From positions 119,185 through 183,184 of IMG/VR virus record IMGVR_UViG_3300007539_000009: a stretch of 64,000 nt of DNA; one strand, given 5' to 3'. Under the pieces are notes generated by a model. That model was not told the origin of the DNA and did not search any database. It saw nothing but the letters and a program-made list of their open reading frames with translations. A program made the position numbers and the translations under genes. Below, piece by piece: positions 39,361-48,604 of the stretch. The stretch comes from a virus. Position 1 is the stretch's first letter, and every line of letters begins with the position of its first letter.

Positions 39361-39635
39361 TCGACGGTGTGGTTGATAGTGATCGTCTTCTCGTCGTGGG
39401 GCCGCGCTTCAGACTTCGCCAGACCACGGCTGACGTTGTAGGAGACAACGACAGCTGTCACGCAGAGAAGTAGTGCAATCAGCAGCGCCGCCTGCGGCCA
39501 TGTGACGTCGGACAAGAGCCCGTCCGGCCCTTGTAGCATCACGAGAATCGTAACGAAGATGCCGCCGCCTCCGGCTACACCTGCTGTCTTTGACAGAGCG
39601 AACTCACTACTGCATCCACCGGGTGTCGGTGCCAT
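39357..39635 (-). CDS. Holin-like two-TM protein
   Basis: 92 aa, two hydrophobic helices, SYNVSRGLAK after TM2, charged C-terminus. Confidence 0.55.
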   Translation of the reverse strand: MAPTPGGCSSEFALSKTAGVAGGGGIFVTILVMLQGPDGLLSDVTWPQAALLIALLLCVTAVVVSYNVSRGLAKSEARPHDEKTITINHTVD

Positions 39636-39754
39636 AGGTCAACTCCAAAAAGAGGGTCTGCCTCAGTATGCAAGGCGGCCCCGCTGTCTCACGACAGTGG
39701 AACCGCCTACATGACCCCTACACCTCCTTTCGAGGCGGCAGGATCCCTCAGGGT

Positions 39755-40195
39755 CTAGGGAGCCAGCGCCTGCTGCACTACGCGCCGTACGAGCGTGGTG
39801 GTGCGTAGCGTGTACTCGCGAGCGAAAGGCTCTTCCACAGAGCTCTCGGGATCCCACGGGTAGTTCTCGACGGTCCACGCCTCGACCCGATCCAGCACCG
39901 GGTAGCCCAGTTCCTTGAACTGCAGGGCGGGGACAAACTCGCCGTTAGTGTCCATCAAGGCCAGCCACGCAGCAGACTCCGCAAGGAAGTCAGTGCGCTC
40001 ATTCTCTGACAGGTCAGACCAGCTGCCGACGCCGTAGGCGCCAGACAAGTACGCGTCGTGGTCCTGCACAAGCACTACAACACCGGGACGAACGTCGTCA
40101 GCCGGCAGTTGAGCCGGAGGCACGGGCGAGGTACCGACGATGCCGCAGCCAGCTAGCAGGGCAGCGATGCCCAGAGTAAGCAGTCGTGTACGCAT
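39755..40195 (-). CDS. Lipoprotein (spanin-like context)
   Basis: Lipobox MRTRLLTLGIAALLAGC followed by a Pro-rich linker. Confidence 0.65.
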   Translation of the reverse strand: MRTRLLTLGIAALLAGCGIVGTSPVPPAQLPADDVRPGVVVLVQDHDAYLSGAYGVGSWSDLSENERTDFLAESAAWLALMDTNGEFVPALQFKELGYPVLDRVEAWTVENYPWDPESSVEEPFAREYTLRTTTLVRRVVQQALAP

Positions 40196-40198
40196 AGA

Positions 40199-40501
40199 TC
40201 AGATCTTCAGAAGGACTTTCGAGAGCAGCGCGACGCCCACATCAATGGTCGTCTCAAGAACACGCCAACCAGTCTTGGAAAGCTGGATGCGCTTCTCTGC
40301 TGCGAGCAGGCGCAGCTGCGCATGGATGTGCGCGAGAGCGTGCTTGTCATCCGTAAGCGCAGCCTTGGCCGCGTCTTTCGAGATGGTAGCGGCGAACTCC
40401 TGAAGGTCGCCCTCCAGGCCAGCGGCGAAGTCGCGCACTGAGTCGAGGATCTGCTCCTTGAGGAGCTCACCTACATCGATCTGAGAAGAGTTGTCAGCCA
40501 T
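40199..40501 (-). CDS. Helical hypothetical protein, 100 aa
   Basis: ORF within the membrane-protein cassette. Confidence 0.6.
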   Translation of the reverse strand: MADNSSQIDVGELLKEQILDSVRDFAAGLEGDLQEFAATISKDAAKAALTDDKHALAHIHAQLRLLAAEKRIQLSKTGWRVLETTIDVGVALLSKVLLKI

Positions 40502-40507
40502 GATGGT

Positions 40508-40930
40508 CTAGCCAGAGGAAAGCACCTTGCCCACTGCCCCGATGATAGCGGTCGCGATGGCCACCAGCCCGGTAATGAGCGCGATGCGTGTTTTAGTGTC
40601 GGATTCCTTACGTGCTCTGCGGTCGGACTCTACATCTTTCTTGATAGCTTCGAGTCCTGCAAACGCTTTCCTGAGCTCCTCTTCCACAAGGTACATGCGC
40701 GTAGACAGCGGTAGGTGGCCGTTCCCGTCCTGAACCACCCGCTTGAGTGTGCCTACTGTAGACGTCAGCACATCAAGCTGCTGCGTAATTAGGGCCACTT
40801 CAGTGCGCCTGTTGCCGTCCTCCACAGACAGCGCCTCATTTTGCCGACGAAGTCTGTCGAGCACCTCAGAGATCGCAACCAGTGCTTTGCTGTGCCCGTC
40901 TGTTCCTGATGCATCAGGTTGGTTAGTCAT
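40508..40930 (-). CDS. Coiled-coil protein with C-terminal TM (holin/XhlA-like)
   Basis: Heptad-like region followed by IALITGLVAIATAIIGAVG; the start overlaps the sensor gene stop. Confidence 0.6.
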   Translation of the reverse strand: MTNQPDASGTDGHSKALVAISEVLDRLRRQNEALSVEDGNRRTEVALITQQLDVLTSTVGTLKRVVQDGNGHLPLSTRMYLVEEELRKAFAGLEAIKKDVESDRRARKESDTKTRIALITGLVAIATAIIGAVGKVLSSG

Positions 40931-41906
40931 CAGAAACGTCCTCGCGGCGTAGAGACTCTAATTGCTCAGCAAGCTGCTTAGCTTGCTCAGACAAGTCAGC
41001 GCGCAGCAAGCTCTGGTACGCCGACCGAAGGGCTGAGTTCTGGTCCTCTAGCTTTTTGTTTGCGACTTCCAGCTGAGAGTTGACCTCTGCCATCTTCAGT
41101 TGATGCAGCACCCGCTCGCTGATGTCCTCAATCTGAGAGATGTGAACTAGCGCTTGTCCAGCCTCGTCACGTACTAGTGACACAGAAAGACGCGCCCAAA
41201 AGTAGACGTGATCTTTGCGCTGGTACCGCTTCTCCATTGTGTACGACCTGATCTGGCCTGACTGCAGCTGATGCATCAGCTGCAGGTCACGGTCCAGGTC
41301 CTGCGGGTGCGTTATCGCATCGAGCGCCATGCGCATGAGCTCATCCGATGTGTAGCCCATCATTTGCTCAAGAGCGCGGTTGACGCGCACAAAGCGGCCA
41401 TCAAGATCTACAAGCGCCATTCCAATAGAAGACTGCTCAAACACTAGGTCAAACCGAAGCTCAGCCCCGCGCGCAGCAGCCTCCGCATCGACTAGGTCCT
41501 GCTCCGTGTGGGACGCGAGAACTCGTCTGATTACTAGCGGCACGTAAGCCGCAGCAACCACAACTAGAACAGCAAGCAGTGCGCGCTGCGCTGTGATCAG
41601 GTTGTAGTACGCGTTGTCACGCAAGGTGAGCGCGGCAAGTACGTGCCCAGCTCCACAGACAGCGATGAACGCCACGTACAGCAGATACAGCGCCTTCCCG
41701 ACAAACACGGACTCTACTTGGCGGTGCTTTCGGTTATACGCCCAAGCACCTGCGGTCATTGCGGCGGTGATAGCGAGAAATCCTAACCCTGAGCCTAGCT
41801 CAGACCAGAACATCCAACCTCTGAGCTCCGGGGTCCAGTCAGGACCATACATATCACGTCGGCTGAAGCCAGAGTTGTCGAACAGCCAGTGGGTAAGTTG
41901 TTCCAT
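40923..41906 (-). CDS. Ethylene-receptor-like TM domain + PAS/PAC + coiled coil, without kinase domain
   Basis: AFIAVCGAGHVL matches the ETR1 AFIVLCGATHL Cu-binding CxxxH helix; FEQSSIGMALVDLDGRFVRVNRALEQMMGY...EKRYQRKD..YFWARLSVSLVRD..ISQIEDISER is a canonical PAS/PAC. Confidence 0.85.
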   Translation of the reverse strand: MEQLTHWLFDNSGFSRRDMYGPDWTPELRGWMFWSELGSGLGFLAITAAMTAGAWAYNRKHRQVESVFVGKALYLLYVAFIAVCGAGHVLAALTLRDNAYYNLITAQRALLAVLVVVAAAYVPLVIRRVLASHTEQDLVDAEAAARGAELRFDLVFEQSSIGMALVDLDGRFVRVNRALEQMMGYTSDELMRMALDAITHPQDLDRDLQLMHQLQSGQIRSYTMEKRYQRKDHVYFWARLSVSLVRDEAGQALVHISQIEDISERVLHQLKMAEVNSQLEVANKKLEDQNSALRSAYQSLLRADLSEQAKQLAEQLESLRREDVSDD

Positions 41907-42031
41907 ATCAGTAACGAGTTACGTCATAAGTAGTATGACCGTTTCACTTACCTGCTCTAGCTAGGAGTTAGACATGGGCGTTCTGCCGCCTGGCCAAGTA
42001 CAAGTCTATTTTGGCACCTTTCCTCCCAACG

Positions 42032-42604
42032 ATGTCCTCGACAGCGCTGCGCAAGAAGAAGAAAACTCCCATGAAATCCGAGACCAGTGGCTCGCGCACT
42101 TGTCGACTGTGTCGCCGAGACCTTCCTCAAAAGGTCTTCCGCTCAGTCATCTTGAACGGCAAAGTGCAGGACCCCGCTTGTCGAGTCTGCGTGATGAGGC
42201 AACTGACGCCGACGATAGGGAGCGGCGAACAGCGCGAGCTCTCGCAGAGCTTGGTTACCGCTATGAGTACGAGCGCACGTTCAAGCCTAAGGCAGCTGCT
42301 ACTGAAGGGGGACCTGCTGATCGGCGACTGGGACTTCAGTCAGTACTACGCAGTGCTGCAGGGCCGGCCGTCGATAGCGGCAGCCCTAGCCGGATGGAAC
42401 GGACCGAGCTCAGACACCATCTCCTCGACGAACTGCCCGGCGAAATGGAGGAGCATCCCGTCGAGCGCGATCAAGCTCGAGCCCTGGCAGTTGGCGTACT
42501 ACGAAAGCGAGTTGAGCAGCAACGCACTGCGGGCCGCACTGCGCCTCAAGAATACGCGCAGGACGACCCGCAAGGTTGAGGACGAGCTGTTCGCTGACCT
42601 CTGA
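42032..42604 (+). CDS. Zn-finger (CxxC-x22-CxxC) hypothetical protein
   Basis: CRLC and CRVC; high GC3 in this frame; start uncertain. Confidence 0.55.
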   Translation: MSSTALRKKKKTPMKSETSGSRTCRLCRRDLPQKVFRSVILNGKVQDPACRVCVMRQLTPTIGSGEQRELSQSLVTAMSTSARSSLRQLLLKGDLLIGDWDFSQYYAVLQGRPSIAAALAGWNGPSSDTISSTNCPAKWRSIPSSAIKLEPWQLAYYESELSSNALRAALRLKNTRRTTRKVEDELFADL

Positions 42605-42940
42605 TCACTGCTCCGCTGTCTCTAAGGACAGCGGGGCTTTTCTTTTAGCAACCATCTCGACTTGTTCGCCGTGGATGGTGATGCCTTCGATGACGTTATT
42701 GGGCCAGCGAATCATCTCTGAACGGAACACTTGGTCCGGGGTCAGATTGATGAACGCCCCCCGACTAGTGAGGCGGAGAATCCCGCCAGCCGTACCCCAA
42801 GCGCCATCCAGAAGAAGGATGTCGCCGGGCTTCGTACCTGTTCCGAGCCAGTTCTTCGGCCAATCGGGTGCGCTAATGATGCGCACCTTCTCGAACTCCA
42901 AGAGGACGGGCTCGGTGCGTAGCTCGTCCTTGTCAGCCAT
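42605..42940 (-). CDS. Hypothetical protein, 111 aa
   Basis: ORF immediately downstream of the sigma factor. Confidence 0.6.
   Translation of the reverse strand: MADKDELRTEPVLLEFEKVRIISAPDWPKNWLGTGTKPGDILLLDGAWGTAGGILRLTSRGAFINLTPDQVFRSEMIRWPNNVIEGITIHGEQVEMVAKRKAPLSLETAEQ
42611..42646 (+). terminator. Rho-independent terminator
   Basis: CCGCTGTC-TCTAAG-GACAGCGG hairpin followed by CTTTTCTTTT, right after the plus-strand stop. Confidence 0.7.
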
Positions 42941-42942
42941 TG

Positions 42943-43653
42943 TCAGTTCGCTGCGTCTAGTTCACTGGCCAGCTTCCGTTTGATGCGGTACACGGCATCG
43001 GTGCTAAGTCCTGTGCGCTTAGCGATTTCGGGCACGGAAGCGAGCTTAGGTTTGCCGTGTGCACCCACAGAGTAGTCATAAACCAACTGCTCTTGGGGCG
43101 TCCAACCCACATAAGAGAGATCTACGGTCTCAGCGAATCGTGCTTGGGCCGAATCTTGGGCCTCGACATTCTCCAGACCAGACGCAGCCAAGGACCGCTG
43201 GCCAAGGACTTTCTCCATCTGCTGGACCTCTGACGACGACCAGCCCAATGCTTCTGCCATCTCCTGATTAGAGGGCTCACGGTCCTGCCGAGCCTGCAAA
43301 AGGCTCTTCTGGGACTCGTAGCGGTGGACCTGGAGAAGCCGGTGCTCAGGCACGCGGTCAACCCGCTTGTTCTGCTGGACGTACCGGTACAGCCCTCGAA
43401 GGTGGTAATCGAGGAAGGTCCGGAAGCGTGTGTCGCTCTTGGGATCAAACTTCTTGGCCGTGACGGCTGTCAGCTGCATGGCCTGCCCAAGGATGGCCGC
43501 GAAGGGCACCGGCGCGCTGCGATAACGGCCAGCCCGCATCTGCAGCAGGTCCATGTTGTTCTTGATCAGCTGGTTAAGCGCGCCCTTGTCCCCTGACTTG
43601 TACGCCTCAACCAGCTTGGCGTCGGCTACTGCCTGCTCTGCACGATCCATCAT
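42943..43653 (-). CDS. Sigma-70-family RNA polymerase sigma factor (phage late sigma candidate)
   Basis: GDKGALNQLIKNN (region 2.1), KKFDPKSDTRFRTF (2.3-2.4), RVPEH, REPSNQEMAEALGWS (region 3), EIAKRTGLSTDAVYRIKRKL (region 4 HTH). Confidence 0.88.
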   Translation of the reverse strand: MMDRAEQAVADAKLVEAYKSGDKGALNQLIKNNMDLLQMRAGRYRSAPVPFAAILGQAMQLTAVTAKKFDPKSDTRFRTFLDYHLRGLYRYVQQNKRVDRVPEHRLLQVHRYESQKSLLQARQDREPSNQEMAEALGWSSSEVQQMEKVLGQRSLAASGLENVEAQDSAQARFAETVDLSYVGWTPQEQLVYDYSVGAHGKPKLASVPEIAKRTGLSTDAVYRIKRKLASELDAAN

Positions 43654-46600
43654 CAGCTCCCGTCAAAGCCTCTCGGTCCGAAGTGTCGGGCAGAGTAGTC
43701 CAACACCAGCTGCTGCCTGGCGGTAGTAGTCAGGAAGCGGTTGCTGGCGTTCTTGCGCGCAGCGCTGACAAGCTCGTCAGCGAACCCTTGATCCAACGTC
43801 TGTTGTACATCGTCGTTGAATGTGGGGACAGGAAGCCCGACACCGCCTACCAGCTGGGCTGCTACGCTGGCGGCTGACACCGCGCCCAACGTAGCTGCAA
43901 CACCCTGCACTGTAGGTTGAGCTTTGAGGGCGCGGCCGTCTACCAACTTGCTGAAGATCGAGTCGTCCCACTCAAAGCCACCAGTCTCGGCGGTCTTTCG
44001 GGTGCCTGCAACCATCTGCAGGAACTGCTGAGGTACCGGGAAGCCGGAGTTGACGCGGTTGAGCGTCAACTTGTGATCCTCCAGGAACTGGCCGAGCGTG
44101 CAGACCTGACGCTTGAAGAACGTGCGGTGAGCCCACTCGATCGCACCCACTGCCGTACCTGATTGCGACGTCACGTCCTCCCAGCTCTTGGCAGCGCTCG
44201 GTGCAGCTGTGCCTTGTGTTGTAGCGGACCGGCTGAAGGGGTAGATGGCGTTGAGCACACCGATCCCCTGCAAGTACGTCAGGTAGTAGTTGAGCCGCTC
44301 GAGGGCAGACAGACCCTCTGATCTACCTGTTGCTGCAACCAGGCGCTCGTTGAGCTCTGATACCTGTGTGATCAGGGCACCGATCTCTCCTTTGCCAGCC
44401 GCGTCTGCGTACTCACCCACAGAGTACAGGGCGCGAGTGCCTAGGATCCCTGCGTAGGTCTCATCGAGATCTGGAAGGTTGATCAGCTTTCGATTGAAGA
44501 AGACCGGAGGCGCAGGCCAGTTGAACTCGTTGTCGATGTCTTCAACGAGCTTTGTGAGTTCGTCGTCTACTTGACGTCGTACGGCGGTCTGCGCAGCACC
44601 AGTGTCTCCGGCGTTGCTAGCTACGATCGTTTCAGCTACCAGTTGAGCCGACCGGAGCACCGAGTGGGCCCAGCGCTCTAAGTACACGGCACCTTCGAAG
44701 GCGTTCTCTAGGGTGAGCGCTTGTAAGGGCGACACCAGGGCGCCGTTCGCTGACCCTTCGATAGCAACAGCCAGCGGCACTACCGGGACAATCCCGATAG
44801 TCAAGTTCAGTAGGCCGCTGTTCGTAGGGTCAGAAGTAGGTACACCAGCACCAGATAACTGAGCAAGGAAGCTGAGCCACTCCTCCAAGCCGGGGTTCAA
44901 CGCAGTGCCTCCTCCGGCTGCGATGAACGATTGGTATTGGGTCAGCAGCGTACGCGCGATATTGAGCATCGTCCGCGTTGCTGAGTTTGCCTGCGCGATC
45001 ACTGGCTGTATAGGATCACTGACGACCTTGAACGGTACCGAACCAGTGGTCAACACCTGCGTAGATAGGTAGCTGGTGCTGATCGGCTTGGACCCTGCGA
45101 TCGGCGGTGTGACGGAAATATCAGTCAACCCGAACTCGACAGATGACAGCCAGTCGCGCAGCGTTGCGATGCTCGTCAGTTGCTGCTCAAAAGACGGTAG
45201 CACAGACGCCGCGTCTGCAGCCAGCTGCTCAATAGGATCGGTACCTGATTGCGCTACAGACTCTACAGACTCCTCAGCCGCCTCAACGAGCTCAGTCACC
45301 CGCTGCACAGCCGCCCCTAGCGAACGTCGCAGCTCGTCGATGTCGTTCGTGGGGATGGGGCGCGTCTTGTCCAGCTGCAGGGTGGTGGACTCAGCGCCCT
45401 GAGCTGTGACGTTGAAGGTCAGTGACGTGGGTACTGCAAAGTACGAAACGTCGCTGTCGAAGATGACAGTAGAGAACCCCGGCACCAGCCAGCGATGACC
45501 AAGCAACGTCACAGAGCCTGAGCGCTGGTAGCGAAGCAGAGCTAACTGGTACTCTGCCAGTTGCGTCATGGTCTCGCGGTACAGCGAGTCCCCGATGTTC
45601 TGAACCGAACGAGCCTGAGAACCCCGACGGTCCGGAGCGTCAGCTTCACGACTGGTGTACGCCAGCGCAGCAAACGCCTGATACGGGCTCTCTGCTGTCG
45701 ACACGATCAGGCCCTTCTCGAGCTCTGCTTGGCTGATCATGCCGAGCAAGTTCACCGCAGACTCTGCGTCTACGGCACCGTTAGCTGGGTACGCGTAGGC
45801 AGAGTTGCCAGCAAGCTCAACGTCAGCACCTCGAAGGAACACAGAGCCTGTGCTAAACACAGACGCAGGTGTTGCACCTTCCCGATCGTCGTCGAGGTAG
45901 CTGCTTATGAGACCTGCAGGTGCGGCGAAGAAGCTGTAGGTGTTGAACTGCGACTCCAAGAACGGATCCTGAATCAGGTGCCTGGTGGGCTCCTCCAGGT
46001 ACATCCGGCCTATCTGCAACTGATCTATTTGGTCCGGGAAGATGATGTTGCACGGCGGAGGCAGCGCGTAGAACGTGTCCGGGTGCAACACCATGTCATT
46101 CCGGTAGTACATCCGAGGGATGCCGAACTTGACAAGGCGAGCTTCGTCTCTGTCTGAACCGATGAAGGGAGCGTACTCCCCTTGCGGAGGCGGCTGCTTG
46201 CTGGGTCGGTGCGGGTGCGGGATGGGCGTCAGGTGGTAGAACCCGTACGAGATAAGGTGCCGCACCAGATCCATTACCGAGTTCTCAGGCGTGACCCGGT
46301 TCTGTACGTTACCAAGCAACTCCTTGGCTATCGTCAGCGGCACCAAGTCGCCAATAACTGTGTTCGGTAAGGACACAATCTTGTTCAGCAACCCCTGCCT
46401 CAGCACGCGCTGACGCAAAAGTCCGTTGGTGTTAGACAAGTAGCCAATGAGTCGAATGACGCGATCAGAGAACTCCAGCTTCTCTGGATCCCGGAACGCG
46501 ATACCTGAGCCCTTGGCCTCTTCATCAACCAAGCCCTCGACCAACGCGGACAACAGCAGAGGACTAACGCCAAGTCCGTTTTGCTGCTCTAGCCCACCAG

Positions 46601-47021
46601 CAGTGATAGGCGGCAGTACGGATCCAGAGAAGAACGGGCTGTACGAGATAGGGCCTAAGCCCGACATGAACGCTCGTACTGTGTCGAGCGTCATCAAGAT
46701 GCCTACAGCGCTCAGTTGCACCATGCGCTGAGTCGGAGACTTCACATGCTGGATGCCAACGGTGTACCCCTCGAAGTACAGCGTGAACGCGTCCTCGTCT
46801 TTAACGTCTCCTAGCTCCTGCGGAAACCGGTCACGGCAGAAGATGTGCACCATCGTCTCCGGCCGGAACTGGTACAGCAGCGGATCCGGCTCAAGCACGA
46901 TCGATGCTTGCGGTGTCTGATCTACGCCGAAGGTAACAGTGAAGCCTTGATGCGGCACTTCGACCCCATCTAGGAACACCTTCCACTCTGTGTAGAGAAA
47001 TGCAGCCTGTGAGTCAGCCAT
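43653..47021 (-). CDS. Baseplate hub/tail-associated protein, 1122 aa
   Basis: WKVFLDGVEVP..FTVTFG, PPPCNIIFPD and RSGSVTLLGHRWLVPGF (gp27/gpD-like hub pattern); position downstream of the tape measure. Confidence 0.6.
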   Translation of the reverse strand: MADSQAAFLYTEWKVFLDGVEVPHQGFTVTFGVDQTPQASIVLEPDPLLYQFRPETMVHIFCRDRFPQELGDVKDEDAFTLYFEGYTVGIQHVKSPTQRMVQLSAVGILMTLDTVRAFMSGLGPISYSPFFSGSVLPPITAGGLEQQNGLGVSPLLLSALVEGLVDEEAKGSGIAFRDPEKLEFSDRVIRLIGYLSNTNGLLRQRVLRQGLLNKIVSLPNTVIGDLVPLTIAKELLGNVQNRVTPENSVMDLVRHLISYGFYHLTPIPHPHRPSKQPPPQGEYAPFIGSDRDEARLVKFGIPRMYYRNDMVLHPDTFYALPPPCNIIFPDQIDQLQIGRMYLEEPTRHLIQDPFLESQFNTYSFFAAPAGLISSYLDDDREGATPASVFSTGSVFLRGADVELAGNSAYAYPANGAVDAESAVNLLGMISQAELEKGLIVSTAESPYQAFAALAYTSREADAPDRRGSQARSVQNIGDSLYRETMTQLAEYQLALLRYQRSGSVTLLGHRWLVPGFSTVIFDSDVSYFAVPTSLTFNVTAQGAESTTLQLDKTRPIPTNDIDELRRSLGAAVQRVTELVEAAEESVESVAQSGTDPIEQLAADAASVLPSFEQQLTSIATLRDWLSSVEFGLTDISVTPPIAGSKPISTSYLSTQVLTTGSVPFKVVSDPIQPVIAQANSATRTMLNIARTLLTQYQSFIAAGGGTALNPGLEEWLSFLAQLSGAGVPTSDPTNSGLLNLTIGIVPVVPLAVAIEGSANGALVSPLQALTLENAFEGAVYLERWAHSVLRSAQLVAETIVASNAGDTGAAQTAVRRQVDDELTKLVEDIDNEFNWPAPPVFFNRKLINLPDLDETYAGILGTRALYSVGEYADAAGKGEIGALITQVSELNERLVAATGRSEGLSALERLNYYLTYLQGIGVLNAIYPFSRSATTQGTAAPSAAKSWEDVTSQSGTAVGAIEWAHRTFFKRQVCTLGQFLEDHKLTLNRVNSGFPVPQQFLQMVAGTRKTAETGGFEWDDSIFSKLVDGRALKAQPTVQGVAATLGAVSAASVAAQLVGGVGLPVPTFNDDVQQTLDQGFADELVSAARKNASNRFLTTTARQQLVLDYSARHFGPRGFDGS

Positions 47022-48604
47022 TACCGAAGCTCTACGGAGCCGCTGACCATCGTGGTTCGCATGTGCTCCAAGATCTGCTTATGCGTTAACGGAGCCGGCC
47101 AGTAGGACAGCTCATCAAAGGTACCAGGAAACGGGGTTCCGATCGGAGTGCCTGAGTATGCGATCCGCACCGTAGTAGCGGTAACCAACTCTTGGTTACG
47201 CTCGTCCTCGTACCGACCATTCACGTACAAAACGTAGGTGTGCTTAGCTGAGTCAGTGGCTGAGCCGTACAGAGACACCACAGCGAAGTGAAACCACCGA
47301 TCAACACTGATAAGTGTCTGGCTGATACACTCGTTAGCACCGTTAGACCCAGAAAGATTGTCCGCGATAGCGCCGATGCGGAACATGGGATCTCCTGCCG
47401 CGTCGTTACTCTCGTACCTAATGGAGAGCTGATGACCTGGAGCGACAGCAGTGCCGGTTTGAGCGCCTAGCATAGGGTGATCAACCGCACCGGGAATTGG
47501 GACGATACGTGCCCAACCAGCAATAGTGTACCCTCGAGCCTTGATCGGCTCATCTATGTCGAGAGCGCCAGCTATCGCCCCATACCCGAAGTTACGTACC
47601 TTCTCAGTGTTCAACGCACCGACGACAGGACTAGCGCCGGACGCGGACAGCGCCGGAGCTGTGTCTTTCGGAGATACAACTGTCAGGTCTGAGATATTGA
47701 ACGTTGCTGCAATAGATCGAATCACCCAAGAAGGGGTAGGCACCAGTACGGAGGCGCTTGTGGCATCTGTGTTAGCCAGGGCTTCGAAAAACGCATGAGC
47801 GTATCTTCGCCCAATCTCACGCTTGGCGGCCACGGTGTAGTGCACACCATCAGCTAAGAAGTCCAAGTCACGTAGATCAGCGCAGGCGGTGTACGGCACC
47901 TGATGAGGTACCGTCATGTTGTTGGCGTTGATTTCAACCAAGTGATCCGAGAACGTATCACTGGACTCCCCTACCGTGCCTAGCACGAACGGAACACGTT
48001 CTTGTGTTCCTAGGTAGTCGTCAACGATGTTAGCCCGAAGATTTGAGATCAGTGTCTTGAGTAGGCCAAAGTGCTGGTAAGCAGTGGTAGCATCAGCTGC
48101 GTCGTTCTCGCCCTGATGCCAGAAGATACCTAACAACGTAGATCCAGCTACGTTGTTCAGGACATCATTGATGCGTGACAGCGCGGCATCATACTCAGTA
48201 CCACCAGGCTGCCAGTCACCAGCTACCAAACCAGTAGAGCTAACAGCTGTGTTCACTACCAACAGCCGCTGGTTGCGCCCTAAATGCTTCTTCAGTTGTC
48301 TGGCTACGTGGAACAGCGGATCTACCACAAGCCCTTGATCAGCCTCACTGGTAGGGACTCTAGCAGGAACGATGTTGCCCTCGGACGTCTGCATGTAGAT
48401 GCCGTCGACTAGCGCCTCAGGCTCGCCTGCTCCGGTCTCTAACGCGTCCATAGTCGGACCGCCTAAGCTACCGGACATGTTCGACTGGCCGACACCCAGC
48501 AGCACCAGCGTCGAGTCTGGCTGAGCAAACTCAACAAATGAGGATGCAACGCTGCGCGATACCGATCCGATCCCCAGTAAGTTAGTCTTGTCGCTTGTAG
48601 CCAT
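47021..48604 (-). CDS. SGNH sialate O-acetylesterase (SASA) domain + LamG-like lectin domain
   Basis: LLGVGQSNMSG, IFWHQGEND, DGVHY (SGNH blocks); C-terminal YTIAGW, WFHFAVV, YVNG, FPGTFDELSYW..LT (LamG). Confidence 0.85.
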   Translation of the reverse strand: MATSDKTNLLGIGSVSRSVASSFVEFAQPDSTLVLLGVGQSNMSGSLGGPTMDALETGAGEPEALVDGIYMQTSEGNIVPARVPTSEADQGLVVDPLFHVARQLKKHLGRNQRLLVVNTAVSSTGLVAGDWQPGGTEYDAALSRINDVLNNVAGSTLLGIFWHQGENDAADATTAYQHFGLLKTLISNLRANIVDDYLGTQERVPFVLGTVGESSDTFSDHLVEINANNMTVPHQVPYTACADLRDLDFLADGVHYTVAAKREIGRRYAHAFFEALANTDATSASVLVPTPSWVIRSIAATFNISDLTVVSPKDTAPALSASGASPVVGALNTEKVRNFGYGAIAGALDIDEPIKARGYTIAGWARIVPIPGAVDHPMLGAQTGTAVAPGHQLSIRYESNDAAGDPMFRIGAIADNLSGSNGANECISQTLISVDRWFHFAVVSLYGSATDSAKHTYVLYVNGRYEDERNQELVTATTVRIAYSGTPIGTPFPGTFDELSYWPAPLTHKQILEHMRTTMVSGSVELR

